Shown: one piece after another, positions 8,946-17,512 of the stretch
How the letters are laid out: each line of letters starts with the position of its first letter
How positions within the stretch are numbered: position 1 is the first letter of the stretch
Source of the DNA: Halorhodospira halophila SL1
Lineage (GTDB): Bacteria > Pseudomonadota > Gammaproteobacteria > Nitrococcales > Halorhodospiraceae
DNA length: 32,000 nucleotides
Assembly: GCF_000015585.1 (NCBI RefSeq)
Contig: NC_008789.1
Location: forward strand, 2,490,001-2,522,000
Direction: 5' to 3'
Program-made: the position numbers and the translations under genes
Notes under the pieces: generated by a model
Told to the model about the DNA's origin: nothing
What the model saw: only the letters and a program-made list of their open reading frames with translations
The model's database searches: none

Positions 8946-9530
8946 ATGCTCGAACATCGCATATTACGCACCGACATATCCGGCATGCCGCTGGAGTGGG
9001 TCGGCTTCGAAGAGGCGGTCCGCTACTACTACCTCGGCCAGGTGGCCTACGCCTGCGGTAGCACCCTTTATCGGGTCCGGGGCGGGTACAACTCGGCCAC
9101 CGGACGACGATCGTTCGTCGACCTGAACTCGATCATCGCCACCGAGGGAACCCGACAGGCATCGCTCAAGGGTCGTCCGGGCTACACGCCGCCCCTGAAC
9201 AACCCGACCCTCTTCCGCCGCGACGCCCACCTCTGCCTCTACTGCGGCCGCCGCTTCCGCACCTCCGACCTCTCTCGCGATCACGTCACCCCGGTCAGCC
9301 GCGGTGGTGCCAACACCTGGAACAACGTGGTCACCGCCTGCAAGCGCTGCAATAACCAAAAGAGCGACCGGACTCCGGAGGCGGCGGGCATGGAGCTGCT
9401 CGCGGTGCCCTTCACCCCGACCCACGCGGAGTACGTCTACCTGCAGGGCCGGCGGATCCTCGCCGACCAGATGGAGTTCCTGAAGTCGCACTTTCCCCGC
9501 CGCAGCCCGCTGCGGGTGCGCGAGCCCTAG
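8946..9530 (+). CDS. HNH endonuclease family protein
   Basis: CLYCGRRFRTSDLSRDHVTPVSRGGANTWNNVVTACKRCNNQKSDRTP carries the CxxC...H...N...CxxC HNH zinc-finger nuclease motif. It is preceded by an uncharacterised N-terminal region of about 95 aa. Confidence 0.85.
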   Translation: MLEHRILRTDISGMPLEWVGFEEAVRYYYLGQVAYACGSTLYRVRGGYNSATGRRSFVDLNSIIATEGTRQASLKGRPGYTPPLNNPTLFRRDAHLCLYCGRRFRTSDLSRDHVTPVSRGGANTWNNVVTACKRCNNQKSDRTPEAAGMELLAVPFTPTHAEYVYLQGRRILADQMEFLKSHFPRRSPLRVREP

Positions 9531-9554
9531 CCCGCCCACCCGGACTCCGCCGGT

Positions 9555-11993
9555 TCAGTCCTGCTGATCGATGCGCCGGCGCTCCTCGTAGAGCAGGTAG
9601 TCCTGCAACCTTGGCAGCCGGTGCTCGTCGCCGATGGCGCGCTCACCACCGATGACATGACCGGCACCGGGGTGGCCGGCGGGGCTGCGATCGGTGAGCC
9701 AGTCCCAGGTCATCTGCCCCGGGTAGATCAACCCGACCTCAGTCCACTCCACGTCGGCATCGTCCAGATCGCCCTCCGTGTGCGTGGCCACGATGTCGGC
9801 CTCCGGCGCATCCGCCGCTTCCTCGGCCAGGGCGAGCGTCTGCGGCAGTGAGACCCGGTGCCAGCGCTGGCCCACGCCCTCGTGAACGGCAAAGGCCACG
9901 TCGTAGACCCCGCCCGGCTCCAGGGTGTGGCTATCGGTGGGCTCCGGCGCCTCGAGCGAGCGGGTCAGGCGCACCCGCCAGGCACCGTCCTCATAGCCGC
10001 CAGCGGCGCGGATCGCCCCACGGCTCCCATCGGGCTCCTGCAGGAAGCGCTGGGGCAGGACGTCGCCGTCCTCCCAGTGGTGGTCCGGATCGAAGTCGGT
10101 GGCGTGCCCCTCGCTCAGGTAGTAGAGATCGTCCTGGTCATAGGCACCATCCAGTAGCCGGTCGCGCTCCAGGGCCCGGAAGCCCGCCTCGTCCGGGTCG
10201 TACATCCAACGGGGCTGATCGGCCTCGTCGTCCCAGTTGTCGGTGAACATCCCCCGCCCCTCGGAGCTGTGGCGGTACTCCAGGACGTAGCCGTTGTCGG
10301 CGTAGCCCAGCGGGTGGGAACGGTGGGCGCGCCACTGCCAGAGGTCGAGGAACTCGCCCCGCTCGCGCATGGCCTCGAGCTCGGCCTCATCACGCACGTC
10401 CTGCCAGTCCGCGCCACCGTTGTCCCCGTCCTCCCGCGATTGGGGGATGTACTTGCGCACGTCCGAGCGCCCCAGGGTCTCGCCCAGGTGGGGATGGGCC
10501 TCGACCTCCTCGGACTCGGCGGCCCCGGTGAGCCCGCGCATGCCCTCGTGGGCGGTCATGAAGCCGCCGTAGCGATCGAGCCCCAGATCCCCATCGTCGA
10601 GGAGCATGGAGATGCGATCCTCGTAGAGGCCGTGCTCATCGGGCTCCGGGCCGCCACTGCCGTATTGCACCCACTCGCCGCCGGTCCCGCGCCCCTCCAC
10701 CTCGTAGATCCAGTATTGGTGGTACCAGGACGGGGCCTCGGTGGCGAACTCGTAACGGATCTGGATCTCGTCATCGTTGTAGACGGCGCCCACGCGCAGG
10801 GTGCGCTCGAGTTCACCGCGCGGCGGGATGTAGACATTCCGTCCCGGGTCCGATGCCAGGGGCTGCTCCGGGTCCAGGCGGACGTCCAGCAGCGCCGAGG
10901 CCGCCCGCCAGAGCCGGACGCTGTCGAACAGTCCGCCCTCCAGGTCCACATGGGCGAGTCCGGCGCTGCGGTACAGGTGCGCATCCGGGGCAGCGGCCTC
11001 CAGCGCCTCACTGTGGGAGAAGGGCACCACCGGGTCGTTGGTGCCGTGGATCAGCAGCAACTCCGGGTGGTAGTCCGACCAGTCGTGGCGGGAGGGATCC
11101 AGCTCGTCCAGCGCCTCGCGGTACGCCGCGGGGATCTCCGCCAGGTCGTCATCGAAGGCCTCCGGGTCGTCGTTGACCAGCAGATCCACCAGGGCGGCTG
11201 CCTCCTCGCCCAGCGCCGCCCGTTCGGCGGTGATATCTGCCTCGGGATCGTCCAGGCGGCGTTCGGCGATGCGCTGCATCCACTCCCGGTCGTCCTCGTC
11301 CACCCGGGCCGCCAGCGCCTGCAGGAGGACCCAGCGGCTTTCCGGGCGGGGCTCCGGGTCGTCCCGGGCATCCGCCAGCGGGTCATGACCGGTGGTCACG
11401 TAGCGCAGCCACGCCTCGATGTCGTAATAGCCGCCAATCAGGGCGACGAACTCGACCCGCCGACGCAATTCGTCATCGGCGGTGGCGAGCAGCACCGGGC
11501 CGCTCATCAGGCTCAGGGTGCTGACCCCCAGGGGCAGACCGCGGCTCGCCTCCCGGTTGGCCATATGGCGCACCGCATCAGCCACGTCGTCGCGATTCTC
11601 CGGCCCCCAGCGCAGCTCACGGAGCTCCTCTACCTCGGGCACCAGGACCCGGTAACCGACCCGGGTCAGGCTCTCGGCCATCTCCACCAGTCGGCGATCG
11701 TCCTTGCCCTGCTCGGTCAGCCCGTGGATCAGCACCAGGTTCCCGCGGGCCTCGCCGTCGGGCCGGTAGAGGTCGGCCTCGCGCTCACCCTGGCCCTTGT
11801 CGTAGCGGACGGAGGTCACTTCCGGATCACCGCCGCGATCCTGCAGGCGGGTCTTTTCGTGGCCCTCGGCGCCTAGGTCGCTGAGCAGTAGGGCGGCCTC
11901 GTACTCCTCATCGAGGGCAGCGCAGCCGCTGGCCATCAGGGCCGCCGCGGCACTGGCAGTGAGCAAGGCGTGGGGACGGGGGAGTCGGGACAC
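9555..11993 (-). CDS. Predicted lipoprotein with an N-terminal alpha/beta-hydrolase fold fused to a C-terminal ethylbenzene-dehydrogenase-like (EB_dh, haem-binding/CBM9-like) domain
   Basis: The proposed start is GTG at 11993, with GAGG 6 nt upstream, giving (M)SRLPRPHALLTASAAAALMASGC (signal peptide plus lipobox). Hydrolase-type segments are LVLIHGLTEQG and LLLIHGTNDPVVPFSHSE...AGLAHVD. The C-terminal half has IQIRYEFATEAPSWYHQYW, DRISMLLDDG and LDLWQWRAHRSHPLGY, which resemble EB_dh family motifs. The track ORF extends to 12575 only as an antisense overlap with the neighbouring gene. Confidence 0.7.
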   Translation of the reverse strand: MSRLPRPHALLTASAAAALMASGCAALDEEYEAALLLSDLGAEGHEKTRLQDRGGDPEVTSVRYDKGQGEREADLYRPDGEARGNLVLIHGLTEQGKDDRRLVEMAESLTRVGYRVLVPEVEELRELRWGPENRDDVADAVRHMANREASRGLPLGVSTLSLMSGPVLLATADDELRRRVEFVALIGGYYDIEAWLRYVTTGHDPLADARDDPEPRPESRWVLLQALAARVDEDDREWMQRIAERRLDDPEADITAERAALGEEAAALVDLLVNDDPEAFDDDLAEIPAAYREALDELDPSRHDWSDYHPELLLIHGTNDPVVPFSHSEALEAAAPDAHLYRSAGLAHVDLEGGLFDSVRLWRAASALLDVRLDPEQPLASDPGRNVYIPPRGELERTLRVGAVYNDDEIQIRYEFATEAPSWYHQYWIYEVEGRGTGGEWVQYGSGGPEPDEHGLYEDRISMLLDDGDLGLDRYGGFMTAHEGMRGLTGAAESEEVEAHPHLGETLGRSDVRKYIPQSREDGDNGGADWQDVRDEAELEAMRERGEFLDLWQWRAHRSHPLGYADNGYVLEYRHSSEGRGMFTDNWDDEADQPRWMYDPDEAGFRALERDRLLDGAYDQDDLYYLSEGHATDFDPDHHWEDGDVLPQRFLQEPDGSRGAIRAAGGYEDGAWRVRLTRSLEAPEPTDSHTLEPGGVYDVAFAVHEGVGQRWHRVSLPQTLALAEEAADAPEADIVATHTEGDLDDADVEWTEVGLIYPGQMTWDWLTDRSPAGHPGAGHVIGGERAIGDEHRLPRLQDYLLYEERRRIDQQD

Positions 11994-12104
11994 GGGAGAC
12001 CTCGCTATCGATGGAACCGGGCACAGGAGACGCTTGAGTCGAAGGCGCCTATTCTGCACGTTGTCCTCCGGGCATCCGACCCCCGAGCAGCAGGAGTGCA
12101 TGCC

Positions 12105-12995
12105 ATGGATCTGCAACGCACCATCGAGACCGCCATCACCGAGGCCACCGGCGAACCCTTCGGGCCGGCCCGCCGGGGCGGCGCCGGAGGCGGCTGCATC
12201 AACGACGCGTTCGCGCTCAGCGATGAGCACCGGCGTTTCTTCGTCAAGGTCAACGATGCCGCCGGGGCCGAGCTGTTCGAGACGGAGGCCGACGCCCTGC
12301 GCGAGCTGGTCGCCGCCGAGGCGCTGCGGGTGCCGCGCCCCGTCGCCCAAGGTACGCACGGCGGACAGTACTTCCTGGTGCTGGAGCATGTGGACCTCTC
12401 CGGGCGGGGAGATACCGCCGGCTACCGGCGCCTGGGGGAGGGGCTGGCGGCCCTGCACGGGGTCACCGCCGCGGCGCACGGCTGGCACCGCGACAACTTC
12501 ATCGGCGCAACCCCGCAGCCCAACGGCTGGCACGACGAGTGGATCCCGTTCTTGCGCGAGCGGCGGCTCCGCCATCAGCTGCGCCTGGCCGCCGAACGCG
12601 GCGCGGGCCGACGCGTGATCGACGCCGGTGAGCGTCTGGCTGCGCGGCTGGAGGCACTCTTCCCCGGCTACACGCCGCCGCCCTCACTGCTGCACGGCGA
12701 CCTGTGGGGCGGCAATGCCGGTTTCGCCCGCGACGGCGCACCGGTCATCTACGACCCGGCCACCTACTACGGGGACCGCGAGACCGACCTGGCCATGACC
12801 GAGCTCTTCGGCGGCTTCCCGGCGTCCTTCCACGAAGGCTACGACGCCGTCTGGCCCCGGGACCCGGGATACGCCACCCGGCGGGACCTCTACCAGCTCT
12901 ACCACGTCCTCAACCACTTCAACCTGTTCGGCGGCATGTACCTGAGCCAATCGCAGCGCCTGATCGACCGGCTCCTCGCCGAGATCGGCGGCTGA
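12105..12995 (+). CDS. Fructosamine/ketosamine-3-kinase family protein
   Basis: LLHGDLWGGNAGF and DPATYYGDRETDLAMTELFGGF are the family's kinase motifs. The start is ATG at 12105, with AGGAG 9 nt upstream. The track start at 11970 would leave almost no divergent promoter space. Confidence 0.85.
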   Translation: MDLQRTIETAITEATGEPFGPARRGGAGGGCINDAFALSDEHRRFFVKVNDAAGAELFETEADALRELVAAEALRVPRPVAQGTHGGQYFLVLEHVDLSGRGDTAGYRRLGEGLAALHGVTAAAHGWHRDNFIGATPQPNGWHDEWIPFLRERRLRHQLRLAAERGAGRRVIDAGERLAARLEALFPGYTPPPSLLHGDLWGGNAGFARDGAPVIYDPATYYGDRETDLAMTELFGGFPASFHEGYDAVWPRDPGYATRRDLYQLYHVLNHFNLFGGMYLSQSQRLIDRLLAEIGG

Positions 12996-13021
12996 GCCAC
13001 CGAGCGCCCGGTGGCTCAGCC
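12990..13021. terminator. Perfect 13-bp inverted repeat with a 6-nt loop between convergent genes; candidate bidirectional terminator
   Basis: The left arm ggctgagccaccg (12990-13002), loop agcgcc, and right arm cggtggctcagcc (13009-13021) were read directly. The arms contain the TGA of the plus-strand gene (12993-12995) and the tca/TGA of the minus-strand gene (13016-13018). There is no U-tract. Confidence 0.55.
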
Positions 13022-14095
13022 CTGCCCCGACGAGCGGACCAGCGGCCGCGGCAAGCCGCGGCCACTCCAGGCCAGCACGGTGCGCATGGCCCAGTCGCGC
13101 TCGGCGGCGTAGTTGGTCAGTCCCGCCAGGCGGCGGACCTGGCGGCGACTGATCTTCACCTCGTCGCCGGACTTGAAGCCGGGGTGCCGCCGGATCTGCC
13201 GCAAGGTCGCCAGGGACATGGTCGCCGCCCAGGCACAGAAGCGGCGGATACCGGGCTGCGTCGGCGGGATGCGCAGGATGTAGGCGCGCGCCGCCTCCAT
13301 GTGCTCGACGCCGATCTCGATCATGCGACCGATGCCGCGATGGAACCCGGGATCCTCGCTCCAGTCGGCGTCCGGGCCCAGGCTGCAACCGGACTCGGTA
13401 AAGATCTCCCGCGGCAGCCAGCAGACGCCTCGCTCACGGTCGGCCCAGACGTCCTTGATGACATTGGTCGCCTGCAGCCCCAGGCCGAAGCGCCGCCCCA
13501 GGTCCATCATCTCGTCGCGATCGCCGTCGAAACCTTCGACCTCGAGGATGAACAGGTCCGTGAGCATCTCGCCCACCACGCCGGCGACGTAGTAACAGTA
13601 CTCTTCGAACTGCGCACGGTCGGCCAGCCCGACCGGCGAGCGCAGGCGCTGAAAGCGCGCCATGCCCTCGCCCATGATCGAGACGCAGCGGATCACCGGC
13701 CCCTGGTGGGCCTCCGGCAGGCCGCCGGTGACCGCGATCACCCGCGGCAGCGAGACGACCAGGTCACGCTCGGCGGGCGGCGTGTCCCAGTCGAGCACGG
13801 CTTCGATCTGACCGGCGAGCTGCTGGGGATCGCGGGCACCGTTCAGGGCCTCCTTGAGGCCGAGCATCAGGTCGTGTTTGACCTCCACGTCGGCGGCCGA
13901 ATGGTCTTCGATGGTATCCGCCACCCGACACAGCAGGTAGGCGTTGGTGACGGTATCGCGCAGCACCTCGGGCAGCTGCGGGATGGTCAGCGCAAAGGTA
14001 CGCGACACACCGGGCAGCGCTGCCTCCTGATAGGCGCGGTTCACCGCCCAGCGGTACGCCCTGTAGCGATCACTCGTGGCTGAAGTGGAATGCAT
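13016..14095 (-). CDS. Squalene/phytoene synthase family protein, SQS-like (farnesyl-diphosphate farnesyltransferase type)
   Basis: VSRTFALTIPQLPEVLRDTVTNAYLLCRVADTIEDH and LQATNVIKDVWADRERG resemble the two Asp-rich regions of SQS-type enzymes (DTxED and NxxxDxxxD) more than those of CrtB or HpnD. The start is uncertain. ATG at 14095 overlaps the upstream gene by 26 nt, and an in-frame GTG at 14044 is an alternative. Confidence 0.7.
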   Translation of the reverse strand: MHSTSATSDRYRAYRWAVNRAYQEAALPGVSRTFALTIPQLPEVLRDTVTNAYLLCRVADTIEDHSAADVEVKHDLMLGLKEALNGARDPQQLAGQIEAVLDWDTPPAERDLVVSLPRVIAVTGGLPEAHQGPVIRCVSIMGEGMARFQRLRSPVGLADRAQFEEYCYYVAGVVGEMLTDLFILEVEGFDGDRDEMMDLGRRFGLGLQATNVIKDVWADRERGVCWLPREIFTESGCSLGPDADWSEDPGFHRGIGRMIEIGVEHMEAARAYILRIPPTQPGIRRFCAWAATMSLATLRQIRRHPGFKSGDEVKISRRQVRRLAGLTNYAAERDWAMRTVLAWSGRGLPRPLVRSSGQG

Positions 14096-15077
14096 CGTAG
14101 AAGAGTCGCTCCGGGTTCAGTCCGTGCTCGAGAAAGGCCGCCCGCGCGGCCTCGGTCATCGGTGGCGGACCGCTCATGTAGACGTCGAAGCCCGAGAGGT
14201 CGGGGTAGTCGCACACAACGGCCTCGTGCACCCAACCGACCCGCCCGGCCCAGTGGTCCTCGGCGCGGGGCTCCGAAAGCACCGGGGTGTAGTCCACTTG
14301 GGGCTGGGCCTCGGCCCAGCCCCGGGCCAGGTCGTGGAGGTAGAGCCCGGCGCGCTCGCGCGTCCCCCAGTAGAGGTGGAGCGGACGTTGGTCGCCGCGG
14401 GCCAGGGCATGCTCCACGATGCCCTTGAGCGGACCGAAGCCGGTACCGCCACCGACCAGCAGGGCGGGCCGATCGCTGTCTTCGCGCAGGTAGAGCTGCC
14501 CCAGCGGGCCCTCGACGCGCAGCAGCTCGCCCTCACGCATCTCGTTGAAGACGTAATCGGTAAAACGCCCCCCAGGGATGTGCCGGATGTGCAGCTCGAG
14601 GTGCTCGTCGTCCAGCGGCGAGCTGGCCAGGGAGAAGGCGCGCCGCGCGCCGTCGCCGAGCAGGATCTCGATATACTGGCCCGGCCGGAAGGGCAGCCGC
14701 TTGCCCTCGGGCAGGCGCAGGAACAGGCGGCAGACCTCCGGCGCCAGATGCTCCAGGCGCGCCACCCGCGCCGGCAGGATCCGCGGCGGTGCCGCCGCAT
14801 CCCCCAGGGGCTCCAGGTCCACCGCCAGATCGCTGGTGGCCCGGGCCTGGCAGAGCAGGGCCACCCCGGCCGCCCGCTCAGCATCCTCCAGCGCCTTGGG
14901 CTGCCCCGCGGGATAGGCGATCTCGCCGGCACGCACCGGCGCCCGGCACGTCCCGCAGACGCCGTTGCGGCACCCGTAGGGCAACGAGATCCCCTGGCGC
15001 AGGGCCGCATCGAGGATCGCCTCATCCGACTCCACGCCGATTTCGGTGCCGTCACTGAAACGCACGGTATAGGTCAT
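14070..15077 (-). CDS. 2Fe-2S ferredoxin / FNR-type NAD(P)H oxidoreductase (Fre-like, often annotated CDP-6-deoxy-delta-3,4-glucoseen reductase)
   Basis: The N-terminus has plant-type ferredoxin cysteines (YGCRNGVCGTCRAP...LLCQA). It is followed by FAD/NAD-binding motifs (RAFSLAS, LLVGGGTGFGPL). It lies immediately downstream of ubiD, as fre does in enterobacteria. Confidence 0.85.
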   Translation of the reverse strand: MTYTVRFSDGTEIGVESDEAILDAALRQGISLPYGCRNGVCGTCRAPVRAGEIAYPAGQPKALEDAERAAGVALLCQARATSDLAVDLEPLGDAAAPPRILPARVARLEHLAPEVCRLFLRLPEGKRLPFRPGQYIEILLGDGARRAFSLASSPLDDEHLELHIRHIPGGRFTDYVFNEMREGELLRVEGPLGQLYLREDSDRPALLVGGGTGFGPLKGIVEHALARGDQRPLHLYWGTRERAGLYLHDLARGWAEAQPQVDYTPVLSEPRAEDHWAGRVGWVHEAVVCDYPDLSGFDVYMSGPPPMTEAARAAFLEHGLNPERLFYDAFHFSHE

Positions 15078-15113
15078 GAGCCTCTGCCTGGTTCGTGGGC
15101 GGTCGGCGCCGCA

Positions 15114-16580
15114 TCAATCAAGACCGAGTTCGGCCCAGTAGGCGTCCACCCGGGCCCGGGTGGCCTCGTCCATGGTAGCCGGGGTCCCCCAAGTGCGATC
15201 GGTCTCCCCGGGCCACTTATTGGTGGCGTCCAGCCCCATTTTCGACCCCAGCCCCGAGATGGGGGAAGCGAAATCGAGGTAATCGATCGGGCTGTGATCG
15301 ATGAAGGTGGCATCCCGGCGGGGGTCGCTGCGGGTGGTCAGCGCCCAGACCACCGCCTTCCAGTCACGGGCGTCCACGTCGCCGTCGGTGACGATGATGA
15401 ACTTGGTGTACATGAACTGGCGCAGGAACGACCAGACGCCGAGCATGACCCGCTTGGCGTGGCCCGGGTACTGCTTGCGGATGGTGACCACCGCCAGGCG
15501 GTACGAGCAGCCCTCCGGTGGCAGATAGAAATCCACGATCTCCGGGAACTGCTTGCGCAGGATCGGCACGAAGACCTCGTTGAGCGCCTCGCCAAGCACG
15601 GCCGGCTCGTCCGGCGGCCGGCCGGTGTAGGTGGAGTGGTAGATCGGGTCCGCGCGGTGCGTGATCCGATCAATGGTGAACACCGGGAAGGTCTCGGTCT
15701 CGTTGTAGTAACCGGTATGGTCGGCGAAAGGCCCCTCCTCGGCGGTATCGCCGGGGTGGATATGGCCCTCGAGCACCACCTCCGCCGATGCGGGCACCTG
15801 GAGCGAGGACCCCTTGCACGTCACCAGCTCCGTCTTCGAGCCACGGAGCAGACCGGCGAACGCATACTCGCTGATGGCGTCGGGCACCGGGGTCACGGCA
15901 CCGAGGATGGTCGCCGGATCCGCCCCCAGGGCCACGGCCACGGGGAAGGGCTCACCAGGGTAGTGACGCTGGTGCTCGGCGAAATCCAGTGCCCCGCCCC
16001 GGTGGGCCAGCCAGCGCATGATGACCCGGTTGCGGCCGATGACTTGCTGGCGATAGATGCCCAGGTTCTGGCGTTCCTTTTCCGGGCCCCGGGTAATCAC
16101 CAGGGCCCAGGTGATCAGCGGACCGGCGTCGCCGGGCCAGCAGGTCTGGATTGGCCAGCGGGACAGATCCACGTCCTCGCCCTCGATCACCCGCTCCTGG
16201 CACGGCGCCTTGCGCACCGTCTTCGGCGCCATGTCCAGCACCCGACGGAAGACCGGCAGCTGGTTCCAGGCATCGCGCATCCCCTTGGGCGGCTCGGGCT
16301 GTCGCAGGAACGCCAGCAGTTCGCCGATCTCGCGCAGCGCCGCAACCTCCTCGGCCCCCATGCCCAGGGCGACCCGGTGGGGCGTACCGAAGAGGTTGCC
16401 GAGCACCGGCGTATCGTAGCCACGCGGATGTTCGAACAGCAGCGCCGGCCCGCCGGCACGCAGGGTGCGGTCACACACCTCCGTCATCTCCAGATACGGA
16501 TCCACCGGGTGACGGATGCGCTTGAGCTCGCCCCGAGCCTCCAGATGGTGGAGGAATTCGCGCAGGTCGCGGTACTTCAT
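15114..16580 (-). CDS. ubiD: 4-hydroxy-3-polyprenylbenzoate decarboxylase (UbiD family)
   Basis: The sequence [22 protein letters not shown]...[19 protein letters not shown]...[12 protein letters not shown] is typical of UbiD. The start is taken at Met69 of the track ORF. That ATG overlaps the xthA stop by 4 nt (ATGA). The 68-aa upstream extension is Gly/Arg/Pro-rich and lies inside xthA. Confidence 0.93.
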   Translation of the reverse strand: MKYRDLREFLHHLEARGELKRIRHPVDPYLEMTEVCDRTLRAGGPALLFEHPRGYDTPVLGNLFGTPHRVALGMGAEEVAALREIGELLAFLRQPEPPKGMRDAWNQLPVFRRVLDMAPKTVRKAPCQERVIEGEDVDLSRWPIQTCWPGDAGPLITWALVITRGPEKERQNLGIYRQQVIGRNRVIMRWLAHRGGALDFAEHQRHYPGEPFPVAVALGADPATILGAVTPVPDAISEYAFAGLLRGSKTELVTCKGSSLQVPASAEVVLEGHIHPGDTAEEGPFADHTGYYNETETFPVFTIDRITHRADPIYHSTYTGRPPDEPAVLGEALNEVFVPILRKQFPEIVDFYLPPEGCSYRLAVVTIRKQYPGHAKRVMLGVWSFLRQFMYTKFIIVTDGDVDARDWKAVVWALTTRSDPRRDATFIDHSPIDYLDFASPISGLGSKMGLDATNKWPGETDRTWGTPATMDEATRARVDAYWAELGLD

Positions 16581-17380
16581 GCCGACCTCTCGCCCTCGGC
16601 ACCCCCCAGCACCACGGGGTCGAACTCGGCCACCACCGGGGCGTGATCCGACGGGCGTTCCCAGCGGCGCGGCTCGACATCCACACGGGAGGCGACACAG
16701 GCCCGCGCCAGGGCGCTGCTGGCCAGGATCAGATCGATACGCAGGCCGCGGTTGCGCTTGAAGCTGTTGACCCGGTAGTCCCACCAGGAGAACTGCCCCT
16801 CGGGCTGCTCGAACAGCCGAAAGGTGTCAACCAGTCCCAGATTGAGCAGCCCGCGGAGCGCATCCCGCTCCGACTGACTGAACAGGACCTTGCCCTCCCA
16901 TTCGGCGGGGTCGTGGACGTCCGCCGCCTGCGGCGCGATGTTGAAGTCGCCCAGGACCACCACGTGCTCGTGGGCCTCCAGCTCCCGGGCTACCCAGTGG
17001 TGGAGGGCCTCCAGCCAGCGCAGCTTGTAGCCGTACTTCTCGGACCCCACCTCCTGGCCGTTGGGCACGTAGAGGTTGATCACCCGGACCCCGGAGACGG
17101 TGCAGGCGAGCACCCGACGCTGGGTATCGGCAAAGCCGGGCAGATCGGTCACCACGTCCTGCGGGGCGCTGCGGGCGAGGACGGCCACCCCATTGTAGGT
17201 CCGCTGGCCGGCGAAGGCGGCCCGATAGCCGGCCTCCTGCAACGCCTTGAGGGGGAATTGATCGTCGGGGACCTTCGTCTCCTGCAGGGCGATGACCGAC
17301 GGCGTCGCGCTCTGCGCCCACGCCTTGACCTGGGGCAGGCGGACCTTCAGCGAGTTCACGTTCCAAGAGGCGATCTTCAC
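16577..17380 (-). CDS. xthA: Exodeoxyribonuclease III
   Basis: The sequence (GTG)[17 protein letters not shown]...LQETK...[10 protein letters not shown]...WWDYR...RIDLILAS...SDHAPV carries the canonical ExoIII/APE1 motifs. Confidence 0.93.
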   Translation of the reverse strand: MKIASWNVNSLKVRLPQVKAWAQSATPSVIALQETKVPDDQFPLKALQEAGYRAAFAGQRTYNGVAVLARSAPQDVVTDLPGFADTQRRVLACTVSGVRVINLYVPNGQEVGSEKYGYKLRWLEALHHWVARELEAHEHVVVLGDFNIAPQAADVHDPAEWEGKVLFSQSERDALRGLLNLGLVDTFRLFEQPEGQFSWWDYRVNSFKRNRGLRIDLILASSALARACVASRVDVEPRRWERPSDHAPVVAEFDPVVLGGAEGERSA

Positions 17381-17512
17381 CGCGGTCTCCTTCTTCGGCG
17401 GTCGCCCTCAGCTTAACGGCTTGTCGACGCCGCCACGACCCCGCGGGGGGCTTGCCGTCGCCCCGTGCTGCCGGGACACTGAGCGGATCGCAGCCGACAG
17501 CAGGACACCCCC

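Noticed and set aside
11994-12575. The N-terminal 194-aa extension of the 1006-aa track ORF (9555-12575 -), including the ATG at 12101
   Set aside because: The extension runs antisense through the 5' part of the fructosamine-kinase-like gene. It is Gly/Pro/Ala/Arg-rich and precedes an obvious signal peptide and lipobox. A GTG at 11993 with a GAGG Shine-Dalgarno sequence gives a normal lipoprotein precursor and leaves a 111-nt divergent promoter region.
16561-16741. An apparent 1-nt register disagreement between my hand-indexing of the printed sequence and the ORF-track coordinates around the xthA/ubiD junction
   Set aside because: The two offsets cancel each other. The track translations of both genes are continuous and canonical. 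I attribute the disagreement to my own counting or reading error at line boundaries, not to a real frameshift. I used ORF-track-derived coordinates.
16581-16784. Upstream extensions of three track ORFs: ubiD (16581-16784), ampG (20595-20861) and the DUF785 protease (5267-5371)
   Set aside because: The extensions overlap the 3' ends of the preceding genes, have Arg/Gly/Pro-rich composition, and are followed by canonical family N-termini starting at internal Met codons that form ATGA-type overlaps.
17439-17448. Short GC palindromes in the intergenic regions considered as regulatory sites. Examples are CCCCGCGGGG at 17439-17448, CCGCGCGG near 280, and the GTGCGC-cgg-GCGCAC hairpin at 22283-22297.
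   Set aside because: Palindromes of 6-10 bp made only of G/C are expected frequently by chance at this base composition. Without conservation data they do not merit a feature call.
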